Assembly (NCBI GenBank): GCA_964057225.1
Contig: OZ059896.1
Coordinates: 1,612,001-1,676,000, forward strand
Reading direction: 5' to 3'
Length of the DNA stretch: 64,000 nucleotides
Source: Auanema rhodensis
Lineage: Eukaryota; Animalia; Nematoda
Notes under the pieces: generated by a model
What the model was told of the DNA's origin: nothing
Databases searched by the model: none
The model's input: only the letters and a program-made list of their open reading frames with translations
Shown here: positions 41,931-56,500 of the stretch, piece by piece
Layout of the letters: the number at the start of each line of letters is the position of its first letter
Position numbering within the stretch: the first letter of the stretch is position 1
Made by a program: the position numbers and the translations under genes

Positions 41931-44570
41931 TCAGATTTGCGCTAGCTTAAAAATGCACCGAGATATCAACTGATATAAGTTCACACTTATATCCTCGATT
42001 TTCACCCTGAAGAATTACTTTTTTCGTTGAATAACATTGTCTATCGTTTTTGCCTTGAAAAAAGGAATCTAAAAACATCTACTTTTTGCTAAATTATTTT
42101 CAAATTTTTCGAAAAAATTTTTGTCAAAATGTTTTTGGAAGCAATTTTGAGTGTACATGGAAACTCAACATACACTAATGCATCATTTTTCAAACGATCA
42201 TAACTAATTTTTGTATTAAGCTTTTCTCAATGAAGTTTAGTGCATTCGATGCGGATTTTTAAGCTGCGTAGATCTGTGTTATCAGATTTGCGCTAGCTTA
42301 AAAATGCACCGAGATATCAACTGATATAAGTTCACACTTATATCCTCGATTTTCACCCTGAAGAATTACTTTTTTCGTTGAATAACATTGTCTATCGTTT
42401 TTGCCTTGAAAAAAGGAATCTAAAAACATCTACTTTTTGCTAAATTATTTTCAAATTTTTCGAAAAAATTTTTGTCAAAATGTTTTTGGAAGCAATTTTG
42501 AGTGTACATGGAAACTCAACATACACTAATGCATCATTTTTCAAACGATCATAACTAATTTTTGTATTAAGCGTTTCTCAATGTAGTATAGTGCATTCGA
42601 TGCGGATTTTTAAGCTGCGTCGATCTGTACTATCAGATTTGCGCTAGCTTGAAAATGCACCGAGATATCAACTGATATAAGTTCACACTTATATCCTCGA
42701 TTTTCACCCTGAAGAATTAATTTTTTCGTTGAATAACATTGTCCATCGTTTTTGCCTTGAAAAAAGGAATCTAAAAACATCTACTTTTTGCTAAATTATT
42801 TTCAAATTTTTCGAAAAAATTTTTGTCAAAATGTTTTTGGAAGCAATTTTGAGTGTACATGGAAACTCAACATACACTAATGCATCATTTTTCAAACGAT
42901 CATAACTAATTTTTGTATTAAGCTTTTCTCAATGAAGTTTAGTGCATTCGATGCGGATTTTTAAGCTGCGTAGATCTGTGTTATCAGATTTGCGCTAGCT
43001 TAAAAATGCACCGAGATATCAACTGATATAAGTTCACACTTATATCCTCGATTTTCACCCTGAAGAATTACTTTTTTCGTTGAATAACATTGTCTATCGT
43101 TTTTGCCTTGAAAAAAGGAATCTAAAAACATCTACTTTTTGCTAAATTATTTTCAAATTTTTCGAAAAAATTTTTGTCAAAATGTTTTTGGAAGCAATTT
43201 TGAGTGTACATGGAAACTCAACATACACTAATGCATCATTTTTCAAACGATCATAACTAATTTTTGTATTAAGCTTTTCTCAATGAAGTTTAGTGCATTC
43301 GATGCGGATTTTTAAGCTGCGTAGATCTGTGTTATCAGATTTGCGCTAGCTTAAAAATGCACCGAGATATCAACTGATATAAGTTCACACTTATATCCTC
43401 GATTTTCACCCTGAAGAATTACTTTTTTCGTTGAATAACATTGTCTATCGTTTTTGCCTTGAAAAAAGGAATCTAAAAACATCTACTTTTTGCTAAATTA
43501 TTTTCAAATTTTTCGAAAAAATTTTTGTCAAAATGTTTTTGGAAGCAATTTTGAGTGTACATGGAAACTCAACATACACTAATGCATCATTTTTCAAACG
43601 ATCATAACTAATTTTTGTATTAAGCGTTTCTCAATGTAGTATAGTGCATTCGATGCGGATTTTTAAGCTGCGTAGATCTGTGTTATCAGATTTGCGCTAG
43701 CTTAAAAATGCACCGAGATATCAACTGATATAAGTTCACACTTATATCCTCGATTTTCACCCTGAAGAATTACTTTTTTCGTTGAATAACATTGTCTATC
43801 GTTTTTGCCTTGAAAAAAGGAATCTAAAAACATCTACTTTTTGCTAAATTATTTTCAAATTTTTCGAAAAAATTTTTGTCAAAATGTTTTTGGAAGCAAT
43901 TTTGAGTGTACATGGAAACTCAACATACACTAATGCATCATTTTTCAAACGATCATAACTAATTTTTGTATTAAGCGTTTCTCAATGTAGTATAGTGCAT
44001 TCGATGCGGATTTTTAAGCTGCGTAGATCTGTGTTATCAGATTTGCGCTAGCTTAAAAATGCACCGAGATATCAACTGATATAAGTTCACACTTATATCC
44101 TCGATTTTCACCCTGAAGAATTACTTTTTTCGTTGAATAACATTGTCTATCGTTTTTGCCTTGAAAAAAGGAATCTAAAAACATCTACTTTTTGCTAAAT
44201 TATTTTCAAATTTTTCGAAAAAATTTTTGTCAAAATGTTTTTGGAAGCAATTTTGAGTGTACATGGAAACTCAACATACACTAATGCATCATTTTTCAAA
44301 CGATCATAACTAATTTTTGTATTAAGCGTTTCTCAATGTAGTATAGTGCATTCGATGCGGATTTTTAAGCTGCGTCGATCTGTACTATCAGATTTACGCT
44401 AGCTTGAAAATGCACCGAGATATCAACTGATATAAGTTCACACTTATATCCTCGATTTTCACCCTGAAGAATTAATTTTTCGTTGAATAACATTGTCCAT
44501 CGTTTTTGCCTTGAAAAAAGGAATCTAAAAACATCTACTTTTTGCTAAATTATTTTCAAATTTTTCGAAA

Positions 44571-47500
44571 AAATTTTTGTCAAAATGTTTTTGGAAGCAA
44601 TTTTGAGTGTACATGGAAACTCAACATACACTAATGCATCATTTTTCAAACGATCATAACTAATTTTTGTATTAAGCTTTTCTCAATGAAGTTTAGTGCA
44701 TTCGATGCGGATTTTTAAGCTGCGTAGATCTGTACTATCAGATTTGCGCTAGCTTGAAAATGCTCCGAGATATCAACTGATATAAGTTCACACTTATATC
44801 CTCGATTTTCACCCTGAAGAATTAATTTTTTCGTTGAATAACATTGTCTATCGTTTTTGCCTTGAAAAAAGGAATCTAAAAACATCTACTTTTTGCTAAA
44901 TTATTTTCAAATTTTTCGAAAAAATTTTTGTCAAAATGTTTTTGGAAGCAATTTTGAGTGTACATGGAAACTCAACATACACTAATGCATCATTTTTCAA
45001 ACGATCATAACTAATTTTTGTATTAAGCGTTTCTCAATGTAGTATAGTGCATTCGATGCGGATTTTTAAGCTGCGTCGATCTGTACTATCAGATTTGCGC
45101 TAGCTTGAAAATGCACCGAGATATCAACTGATATAAGTTCACACTTATATCCTCGATTTTCACCCTGAAGAATTAATTTTTTCGTTGAATAACATTGTCC
45201 ATCGTTTTTGCCTTGAAAAAAGGAATCTAAAAACATCTACTTTTTGCTAAATTATTTTCAAATTTTTCGAAAAAATTTTTGTCAAAATGTTTTTGGAAGC
45301 AATTTTGAGTGTACATGGAAACTCAACATACACTAATGCATCATTTTTCAAACGATCATAACTAATTTTTGTATTAAGCTTTTCTCAATGAAGTTTAGTG
45401 CATTCGATGCGGATTTTTAAGCTGCGTAGATCTGTGTTATCAGATTTGCGCTAGCTTAAAAATGCACCGAGATATCAACTGATATAAGTTCACACTTATA
45501 TCCTCGATTTTCACCCTGAAGAATTAATTTTTTCGTTGAATAACATTGTCCATCGTTTTTGCCTTGAAAAAAGGAATCTAAAAACATCTACTTTTTGCTA
45601 AATTATTCTCAAATTTTTCGAAAAAATTTTTGTCAAAATGTTTTTGGAAGCAATTTTGAGTGTACATGGAAACTCAACATACACTAATGCATCATTTTTC
45701 AAACGATCATAACTAATTTTTGTATTAAGCTTTTCTCAATGAAGTTTAGTGCATTCGATGCGGATTTTTAAGCTGCGTAGATCTGTACTATCAGATTTGC
45801 GCTAGCTTGAAAATGCACCGAGATATCAACTGATATAAGTTCACACTTATATCCTCGATTTTCACCCTGAAGAATTAATTTTTTCGTTGAATAACATTGT
45901 CTATCGTTTTTGCCTTGAAAAAAGGAATCTAAAAACATCTACTTTTCGCTAAATTATTTTGAAATTTTTCGAAAACATTTTTGTCAAAATGTTTTTGGAA
46001 GCAATTTTGAGTGTACATGGAAACTCAACATACACTAATGCATCATTTTTCAAACGATCATAACTAATTTTTGTATTACGCGTTTCTCAATGTAGTATAG
46101 TGCATTCGATGCGGATTTTTAAGCTGCGTCGATCTGTACTATCAGATTTGCGCTAGCTTGAAAATGCACCGAGATATCAACTGATATAAGTTCACACTTA
46201 TATCCTCGATTTTCACCCTGAAGAATTAATTTTTTCGTTCAATAATATTGTCCATCGTTTTTGCCTTGAAAAAAGGAATCTAAAAACATCTACTTTTTGC
46301 TAAATTATTTTCAAATTTTTCGAAAAAATTTTTGTCAAAATGTTTTTGGAAGCAATTTTGAGTGTACATGGAAACTCAACATACACTAATGCATCATTTT
46401 TCAAACGATCATAACTAATTTTTGTATTAAGCGTTTCTCAATGTAGTATAGTGCATTCGATGCGGATTTTTGAGCTGCGTCGATCTGTACTATCAGATTT
46501 GCGCTAGCTTGAAAATGCACCGAGATATCAACTGATATAAGTTCACACTTATATCCTCGATTTTCACCCTGAAGAATTAATTTTTTCGTCGAATAACATT
46601 GTCCATCGTTTTTGCCTTAAAAAAAGAAATCTAAAAACATCTACTTTTTGCTAAATTATTTTGAAATTTTTTGAAAAAATTTTTGTCAAAATGTTTTTGG
46701 AAGCAATTTTGAGTGTACATGGAAACTCAACATACACTAATGCATCATTTTTCAAACGATCATAACTAATTTTTGTATTAAGCGTTTCTCAATGTAGTAT
46801 AGTGCATTCGATGCGGATTTTTAAGCTGCGTCGATCTGTACTATCAGATTTGCGCTAGCTTGAAAATGCACCGAGATATCAACTGATATAAGTTCACACC
46901 TATATCCTCGATTTTCACCCTGAAGAATTAATTTTTTCGTTGAATAACATTGTCCATCGTTTTTGCCTTGAAAAAAGGAATCTAAAAACATCTACTTTTT
47001 GCTAAATTATTTTGAAATTTTTCGAAAAAATTTTTGTCAAAATGTTTTTGGAAGCAATTTTGAGTGTACATGGAAACTCAACATACACTAATGCATCATT
47101 TTTCAAACGATCATAACTAATTTTTGTATTGAGCGTTTCTCAATGTAGTATAGTGCATTCGATGCGGATTTTTAAGCTGCGTCGATCTGTACTATCAGAT
47201 TTGCGCTAGCTTGAAAATGCACCGAGATATCAACTGATATAAGTTCACACTTATATCCTCGATTTTTGACCCTGAAGAATTAATTTTTTCGTTGAATAAC
47301 ATTGTCCATCGTTTTTGCCTTGAAAAAAGGAATCTAAAAACATCTACTTTTTGCTAAATTATTTTCAAATTTTTCGAAAAAATTTTTGTCAAAATGTTTT
47401 TGGAAGCAATTTTGAGTGTACATGGAAACTCAACATACACTAATGCATCATTTTTCAAACGATCATAACTAATTTTTGTATTAAGCTTTTCTCAATGAAG

Positions 47501-50500
47501 TTTAGTGCATTCGATGCGGATTTTTAAGCTGCGTAGATCTGTGTTATCAGATTTGCGCTAGCTTAAAAATGCACCGAGATATCAACTGATATAAGTTCAC
47601 ACTTATATCCTCGATTTTCACCCTGAAGAATTAATTTTTTCGTTGAATAACATTGTCTATCGTTTTTGCCTTGAAAAAAGGAAACTAAAAACATCTACTT
47701 TTTGCTAAATTATTTTCAAATTTTTCGAAAAAATTTTTGTCAAAATGTTTTTGGAAGCAATTTTGAGTGTACATGGAAACTCAACATACACTAATGCATC
47801 ATTTTTCAAACGATCATAACTAATTTTTGTATTAAGCTTTTCTCAATGAAGTTTAGTGCATTCGATGCGGATTTTTAAGCTGCGTAGATCTGTGTTATCA
47901 GATTTGCGCTAGCTTAAAAATGCACCGAGATATCAACTGATATAAGTTCACACTTATATCCTCGATTTTCACCCTGAAGAATTAATTTTTTCGTTGAATA
48001 ACATTGTCTATCGTTTTTGCCTTGAAATAAGGAAACTAAAAACATCTACTTTTTGCTAAATTATTTTCAAATTTTTCGAAAAAATTTTTGTCAAAATGTT
48101 TTTGGAAGCAATTTTGAGTGTACATGGAAACTCAACATACACTAATGCATCATTTTTCAAACGATCATAACTAATTTTTGTATTCAGCTTTTCTCAATGT
48201 AGTATAGTGCATTCGATGCGGATGTTTATGCTGCGTCGATCTGTGTTATCAGATTTGCGCTAGCTTAAAAATGCACCGAGATATCAACTGATATAAGTTC
48301 ACACTTATATCCTCGATTTTCACCCTGAAGAAATAATTTTTTCGTTGAATAACATTGTCCATCGTTTTTGCCTTGAAAAAAGGAATCTAAAAACATCTAC
48401 TTTTTGCTAAATTATTTTCAAATTTTTCGAAAAAATTTTTGTCAAAATGTTTTTGGAAGCAATTTTGAGTGTACATGGAAACTCAACATACACTAATGCA
48501 TCATTTTTCAAACGATCATAACTAATTTTTGTATTAAGCTTTTCTCAATGAAGTTTAGTGCATTCGATGCGGATTTTTAAGCTGCGTAGATCTGTGTTAT
48601 CAGATTTGCGCTAGCTTAAAAATGCACCGAGATATCAACTGATATAAGTTCACACTTATATCCTCGATTTTCACCCTGAAGAATTAATTTTTTCGTTGAA
48701 TAACATTGTCTATCGTTTTTGCCTTGAAAAAAGGAATCTAAAAACATCTACTTTTTGCTAAATTATTTTGAAATTTTTCGAAAAAATTTTTGTCAAAATG
48801 TTTTTGGAAGCAATTTTGAGTGTACATGGAAACTCAACATACACTAATGCATCATTTTTCAAACGATCATAACTAATTTTTGTATTAAGCGTTTCTCAAT
48901 GTAGTATAGTGCATTCGATGCGGATTTTTGAGCTGCGTCGATCTGTACTATCAGATTTGCGCTAGCTTGAAAATGCACCGAGATATCAACTGATATAAGT
49001 TCACACTTATATCCTCGATTTTCACCCTGAAGAATTAATTTTTTCGTTGAATAACATTGTCCATCGTTTTTGCCTTGAAAAAAGGAATCTAAAAACATCT
49101 ACTTTTTGCTAAATTATTTTCAAATTTTTCGAAAAAATTTTTGTCAAAATGTTTTTGGAAGCAATTTTGAGTGTACATGGAAACTCAACATACACTAATG
49201 CATCATTTTTCAAACGATCATAACTAATTTTTGTATTAAGCGTTTCTCAATGTAGTATAGTGCATTCGATGCGGATTTTTGAGCTGCGTCGATCTGTACT
49301 ATCAGATTTGCGCTAGCTTGAAAATGCACCGAGATATCAACTGATATAAGTTCACACTTATATCCTCGATTTTCACCCTGAAGAATTAATTTTTTCGTTG
49401 AATAACATTGTCCATCGTTTTTGCCTTGAAAAAAGGAATCTAAAAACATCTACTTTTTGCTAAATTATTTTCAAATTTTTCGAAAAAATTTTTGTCAAAA
49501 TGTTTTTGGAAGCAATTTTGAGTGTACATGGAAACTCAACATACACTAATGCATCATTTTTCAAACGATCATAACTAATTTTTGTATTAAGCTTTTCTCA
49601 ATGAAGTTTAGTGCATTCGATGCGGATTTTTAAGCTGCGTAGATCTGTGTTATCAGATTTGCGCTAGCTTAAAAATGCACCGAGATATCAACTGATATAA
49701 GTTCAGACTTATATCCTCGATTTTCACCCTGAAGAATTAATTTTTTCGTTGAATAACATTGTCCATCGTTTTTGCCTTGAAAAAAGGAATCTAAAAACAT
49801 CTACTTTTTGCTAAATTATTTTGAAATTTTTCGAAAAAATTTTTGTCAAAATGTTTTTGGAAGCAATTTTGAGTGTACATGGAAACTCAACATACACTAA
49901 TGCATCATTTTTCAAACGATCATAACTAATTTTTGTATTGAGCGTTTCTCAATGTAGTATAGTGCATTCGATGCGGATTTTTAAGCTGCGTCGATCTGTA
50001 CTATCAGATTTGCGCTAGCTTGAAAATGCACCGAGATATCAACTGATATAAGTTCACACTTATATCCTCGATTTTCACCCTGAAGAATTAATTTTTTCGT
50101 TGAATAACATTGTCCATCGTTTTTGCCTTGAAAAAAGGAATCTAAAAACATCTACTTTTTGCTAAATTATTTTCAAATTTTTCGAAAAAATTTTTGTCAA
50201 AATGTTTTTGGAAGCAATTTTGAGTGTACATGGAAACTCAACATACACTAATGCATCATTTTTCAAACGATCATAACTAATTTTTGTATTAAGCTTTTCT
50301 CAATGAAGTTTAGTGCATTCGATGCGGATTTTTAAGCTGCGTAGATCTGTGTTATCAGATTTGCGCTAGCTTAAAAATGCACCGAGATATCAACTGATAT
50401 AAGTTCAGACTTATATCCTCGATTTTCACCCTGAAGAATTAATTTTTTCGTTGAATAACATTGTCCATCGTTTTTGCCTTGAAAAAAGGAATCTAAAAAC

Positions 50501-53500
50501 ATCTACTTTTTGCTAAATTATTTTGAAATTTTTCGAAAAAATTTTTGTCAAAATGTTTTTGGAAGCAATTTTGAGTGTACATGGAAACTCAACATACACT
50601 AATGCATCATTTTTCAAACGATCATAACTAATTTTTGTATTGAGCGTTTCTCAATGTAGTATAGTGCATTCGATGCGGATTTTTAAGCTGCGTCGATCTG
50701 TACTATCAGATTTGCGCTAGCTTGAAAATGCACCGAGATATCAACTGATATAAGTTCACACTTATATCCTCGATTTTTGACCCTAAAGAATTAATTTTTT
50801 CGTTGAATAACATTGTCCATCGTTTTTGCCTTGAAAAAAGGAATCTAAAAACATCTACTTTTTGCTAAATTATTTTCAAATTTTTCGAAAAAATTTTTGT
50901 CAAAATGTTTTTGGAAGCAATTTTGAGTGTACATGGAAACTCAACATACACTAATGCATCATTTTTCAAACGATCATAACTAATTTTTGTATTAAGCTTT
51001 TCTCAATGAAGTTTAGTGCATTCGATGCGGATTTTTAAGCTGCGTAGATCTGTGTTATCAGATTTGCGCTAGCTTAAAAATGCACCGAGATATCAACTGA
51101 TATAAGTTCACACTTATATCCTCGATTTTCACCCTGAAGAATTAATTTTTTCGTTGAATAACATTGTCTATCGTTTTTGCCTTGAAAAAAGGAAACTAAA
51201 AACATCTACTTTTTGCTAAATTATTTTCAAATTTTTCGAAAAAATTTTTGTCAAAATGTTTTTGGAAGCAATTTTGAGTGTACATGGAAACTCAACATAC
51301 ACTAATGCATCATTTTTCAAACGATCATAACTAATTTTTGTATTAAGCGTTTCTCAATGTAGTATAGTGCATTCGATGCGGATTTTTAAGCTGCGTCGAT
51401 CTGTACTATCAGATTTGCGCTAGCTTGAAAATGCACCGAGATATCAACTGATATAAGTTCACACCTATATCCTCGATTTTCACCCTGAAGAATTAATTTT
51501 TTCGTTGAATAACATTGTCTATCGTTTTTGCCTTGAAAAAAGGAATCTAAAAACATCTACTTTTTGCTAAATTATTTTGAAATTTTTCGAAAAAATTTTT
51601 GTCAAAATGTTTTTGGAAGCAATTTTGAGTGTACATGGAAACTCAACATACACTAATGCATCATTTTTCAAACGATCATAACTAATTTTTGTATTCAGCT
51701 TTTCTCAATGTAGTATAGTGCATTCGATGCGGATTTTTATGCTGCGTCGATCTGTGTTATCAGATTTGCGCTAGCTTAAAAATGCACCGAGATATCAACT
51801 GATATAAGTTCACACTTATATCCTCGATTTTCACCCTGAAGAAATAATTTTTTCGTTGAATAACATTGTCCATCGTTTTTGCCTTGAAAAAAGGAATCTA
51901 AAAACATCTACTTTTTGCTAAATTATTTTGAAATTTTTCGAAAAAATTTTTGTCAAAATGTTTTTGGAAGCAATTTTGAGTGTACATGGAAACTCAACAT
52001 ACACTAATGCATCATTTTTCAAACGATCATAACTAATTTTTGTATTTAGCTTTTCTCAATGTAGTATAGTGCATTCGATGCGGATTTTTAACCTGCGTCG
52101 ATCTGTGTTATCAGATTTGCGCTAGCTTAAAAATGCACCGAGATATCAACTGATATAAGTTCACACTTATATCCTCGATTTTCACCCTGAAGAATTAATT
52201 TTTTCGTTGAATAACATTGTCCATCGTTTTTGCCTTGAAAAAAGGAATCTAAAAACATCTACTTTTTGCTAAATTATTTTCAAATTTTTCGAAAAAATTT
52301 TTGTCAAAATGTTTTTGGAAGCAATTTTGAGTGTACATGGAAACTCAACATACACTAATGCATCATTTTTCAAACGATCATAACTAATTTTTGTATTTAG
52401 CTTTTCTCAATGAAGTTTAGTGCATTCGATGCGGATTTTTAAGCTGCGTAGATCTGTGTTATCAGATTTGCGCTAGCTTAAAAATGCACCGAGATATCAA
52501 CTGATATAAGTTCACACTTATATCCTCGATTTTCACCCTGAAGAATTAATTTTTTCGTTGAATAACATTGTCTATCGTTTTTGCCTTGAAAAAAGGAAAC
52601 TAAAAACATCTACTTTTTGCTAAATTATTTTCAAATTTTTCGAAAAAATTTTTGTCAAAATGTTTTTGGAAGCAATTTTGAGTGTACATGGAAACTCAAC
52701 ATACAATAATGCATCATTTTTCAAACGATCATAACTAATATTTGTATTAAGCGTTTCTCAATGTAGTATAGTGCATTCGATGCGGATTTTTAAGCTGCGT
52801 CGATCTGTACTATCAGATTTGCGCTAGCTTGAAAATGCACCGAGATATCAACTGATATAAGTTCACACCTATATCCTCGATTTTCACCCTGAAGAATTAA
52901 TTTTTTCGTTGAATAACATTGTCTATCGTTTTTGCCTTGAAAAAAGGAATCTAAAAACATCTACTTTTTGCTAAATTATTTTGAAATTTTTCGAAAAAAT
53001 TTTTGTCAAAATGTTTTTGGAAGCAATTTTGAGTGTACATGGAAACTCAACATACACTAATGCATCATTTTTCAAACGATCATAACTAATTTTTGTATTC
53101 AGCTTTTCTCAATGTAGTATAGTGCATTCGATGCGGATTTTTATGCTGCGTCGATCTGTGTTATCAGATTTGCGCTAGCTTAAAAATGCACCGAGATATC
53201 AACTGATATAAGTTCACACTTATATCCTCGATTTTCACCCTGAAGAAATAATTTTTTCGTTGAATAACATTGTCCATCGTTTTTGCCTTGAAAAAAGGAA
53301 TCTAAAAACATCTACTTTTTGCTAAATTATTTTGAAATTTTTCGAAAAAATTTTTGTCAAAATGTTTTTGGAAGCAATTTTGAGTGTACATGGAAACTCA
53401 ACATACACTAATGCATCATTTTTCAAACGATCATAACTAATTTTTGTATTTAGCTTTTCTCAATGTAGTATAGTGCATTCGATGCGGATTTTTAACCTGC

Positions 53501-56500
53501 GTCGATCTGTGTTATCAGATTTGCGCTAGCTTAAAAATGCACCGAGATATCAACTGATATAAGTTAACACTTATATCCTCGATTTTCACCCTGAAGAATT
53601 AATTTTTTCGTTGAATAACATTGTCCATCGTTTTTGCCTTGAAAAAAGGAATCTAAAAACATCTACTTTTTGCTAAATTATTTTCAAATTTTTCGAAAAA
53701 ATTTTTGTCAAAATGTTTTTGGAAGCAATTTTGAGTGTACATGGAAACTCAACATACACTAATGCATCATTTTTCAAACGATCATAACTAATTTTTGTAT
53801 TAAGCTTTTCTCAATGAAGTTTAGTGCATTCGATGCGGATTTTTAAGCTGCGTAGATCTGTGTTATCAGATTTGCGCTAGCTTAAAAATGCACCGAGATA
53901 TCAACTGATATAAGTTCACACTTATATCCTCGATTTTCACCCTGAAGAATTAATTTTTTCGTTGGATAACATTGTCTATCGTTTTTGCCTTGAAAAAAGG
54001 AATCTAAAAACATCTACTTTTTGCTAAATTATTTTCAAATTTTTCGAAAAAATTTTTGTCAAAATGTTTTTGGGAGCAATTTTGAGTGTACATGGAAACT
54101 CAACATACACTAATGCATCATTTTTCAAACGATCATAACTAATTTTTGTATTAAGCGTTTCTCAATGTAGTATAGTGCATTCGATGCGGATTTTTAAGCT
54201 GCGTCGATCTGTACTATCAGATTTGCGCTAGCTTGAAAATGCACCGAGATATCAACTGATATAAGTTCACACCTATATCCTCGATTTTCACCCTGAAGAA
54301 TTAATTTTTTCGTTGAATAACATTGTCTATCGTTTTTGCCTTGAAAAAAGGAATCTGAAAACATCTACTTTTTGCTAAATTATTTTGAAATTTTTCGAAA
54401 AAATTTTTGTCAAAATGTTTTTGGAAGCAATTTTGAGTGTACATGGAAACTCAACATACACTAATGCATCATTTTTCAAACGATCATAACTAATTTTTGT
54501 ATTAAGCGTTTCTCAATGTAGTATAGTGCATTCGATGCGGATTTTTAAGCTGCGTCGATCTGTACTATCAGATTTGCGCTAGCTTGAAAATGCACCGAGA
54601 TATCAACTGATATAAGTTCACACTTATATCCTCGATTTTCACCCTGAAGAATTAATTTTTTCGTTGAATAACATTGTCCATCGTTTTTGCCTTGAAAAAA
54701 GGAATCTAAAAACATCTACTTTTTGCTAAATTATTTTCAAATTTTTCGAAAAAATTTTTGTCAAAATGTTTTTGGAAGCAATTTTGAGTGTACATGGAAA
54801 CTCAACATACACTAATGCATCATTTTTCAAACGATCATAACTAATTTTTGTATTAAGCGTTTCTCAATGTAGTATAGTGCATTCGATGCGGATTTTTAAG
54901 CTGCGTCGATCTGTACTATCAGATTTGCGCTAGCTTGAAAATGCACCGAGATATCAACTGATATAAGTTCACACTTATATCCTCGATTTTCACCCTGAAG
55001 AATTAATTTTTTCGTTGAATAACATTGTCCATCGTTTTTGCCTTGAAAAAAGGAATCTAAAAACATCTACTTTTTGCTAAATTATTTTCAAATTTTTCGA
55101 AAAAATTTTTGTCAAAATGTTTTTGGAAGCAATTTTGAGTGTACATGGAAACTCAACATACACTAATGCATCATTTTTCAAACGATCATAACTAATTTTT
55201 GTATTTAGCTTTTCTCAATGTAGTATAGTGCAATCGATGCGGATTTTTAACCTGCGTCGATCTGTACTATCAGATTTGCGCTAGCTTGAAAATGCACCGA
55301 GATATCAACTGATATAAGTTCACACCTATATCCTCGATTTTCACCCTGAAGAATTAATTTTTTCGTTGAATAACATTGTCCATCGTTTTTGCCTTGAAAA
55401 AGGAATCTGAAAACATCTACTTTTTGCTGAATTATTTTGAAATTTTTCGAAAAAATTTTTGTCAAAATGTTTTTGGAAGCAATTTTGAGTGTACATGGAA
55501 ACTCAACATACACTAATGCATCATTTTTCAAACGATCATAACTAATTTTTGTATTAAGCGTTTCTCAATGTAGTATAGTGCATTCGATGCGGATTTTTAA
55601 GCTGCGTCGATCTGTACTATCAGATTTGCGCTAGCTTGAAAATGCACCGAGATATCAACTGATATAAGTTCACACTTATATCCTCGATTTTCACCCTGAA
55701 GAATTAATTTTTTCGTTGAATAACATTGTCCATCGTTTTTGCCTTGAAAAAAGGAATCTAAAAACATCTACTTTTTGCTAATGTATTTTCAAATTTTTCG
55801 AAAAAATTTTTGTCAAAATGTTTTTGGAAGCAATTTTGAGTGTACATGGAAACTCAACATACACTAATGCATCATTTTTCAAACGATCATAACTAATTTT
55901 TGTATTAAGCGTTTCTCAATGTAGTATAGTGCATTCGATGCGGATTTTTAAGCTGCGTCGATCTGTACTATCAGATTTGCGCTAGCTTGAAAATGCACCG
56001 AGATATCAACTGATATAAGTTCACACTTATATCCTCGATTTTCACCCTGAAGAATTGATTTTTTCGTTGAATAACATTGTCCATCGTTTTTGCCTTGAAA
56101 AAAGGAATCTAAAAACATCTACTTTTTGCTAAATTATTTTGAAATTTTTCGAAAAAATTTTTGTCAAAATGTTTTTGGAAGCAATTTTGAGTGTACATGG
56201 AAACTCAACATACACTAATGCATCATTTTTCAAACGATCATAACTAATTTTTGTATTAAGCGTTTCTCAATGTAGTATAGTGCATTTGATGCGGATTTTT
56301 AAGCTGCGTCGATCTGTACTATCAGATTTGCGCTAGCTTGAAAATGCACCGAGATATCAACTGATATAAGTTCACACTTATATCCTCGATTTTCACCCTG
56401 AAGAATTAATTTTTTCGTTGAATAACATTGTCCATCGTTTTTGCCTTGAAAAAAGGAATCTAAAAACATCTACTTTTTGCTAAATTATTTTCAAATTTTT

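Larger units (their letters stand above)
16147..44570. repeat. Central allele domain dominated by two monomer types, X and Y
   Basis: X = aagcTtt / gAagtTta / gcgtAg / tGTtat / cttAaaa / aattaCttt / gtcTat. Y = aagcGtt / gTagtAta / gcgtCg / tACtat / tttAcgc / cttGaaa / gtcCat. The alleles aattaCttt (about 17103 to 44124) and tttAcgc (about 17375 to 44396) are confined to this block. Offset 338 is mostly C. Confidence 0.85.

Noticed and set aside
2182-49449. Repeated 79-aa minus-strand ORFs (MFLDSFF...), in two versions
   Set aside because: They exist only in monomers where point variants remove in-frame TAA stops (TAA to TAC, or TAA to CAA). Most copies are interrupted, the rest of the same frame in the monomer has several stops, and I recognise no domain. 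351 being divisible by 3 explains the recurring frame.
5504-55531. 63-aa and 94-aa ORFs starting MKNDALVYVEF
   Set aside because: Each is created by a singleton substitution or a 1-bp deletion in one monomer. These are chance read-throughs in satellite DNA.
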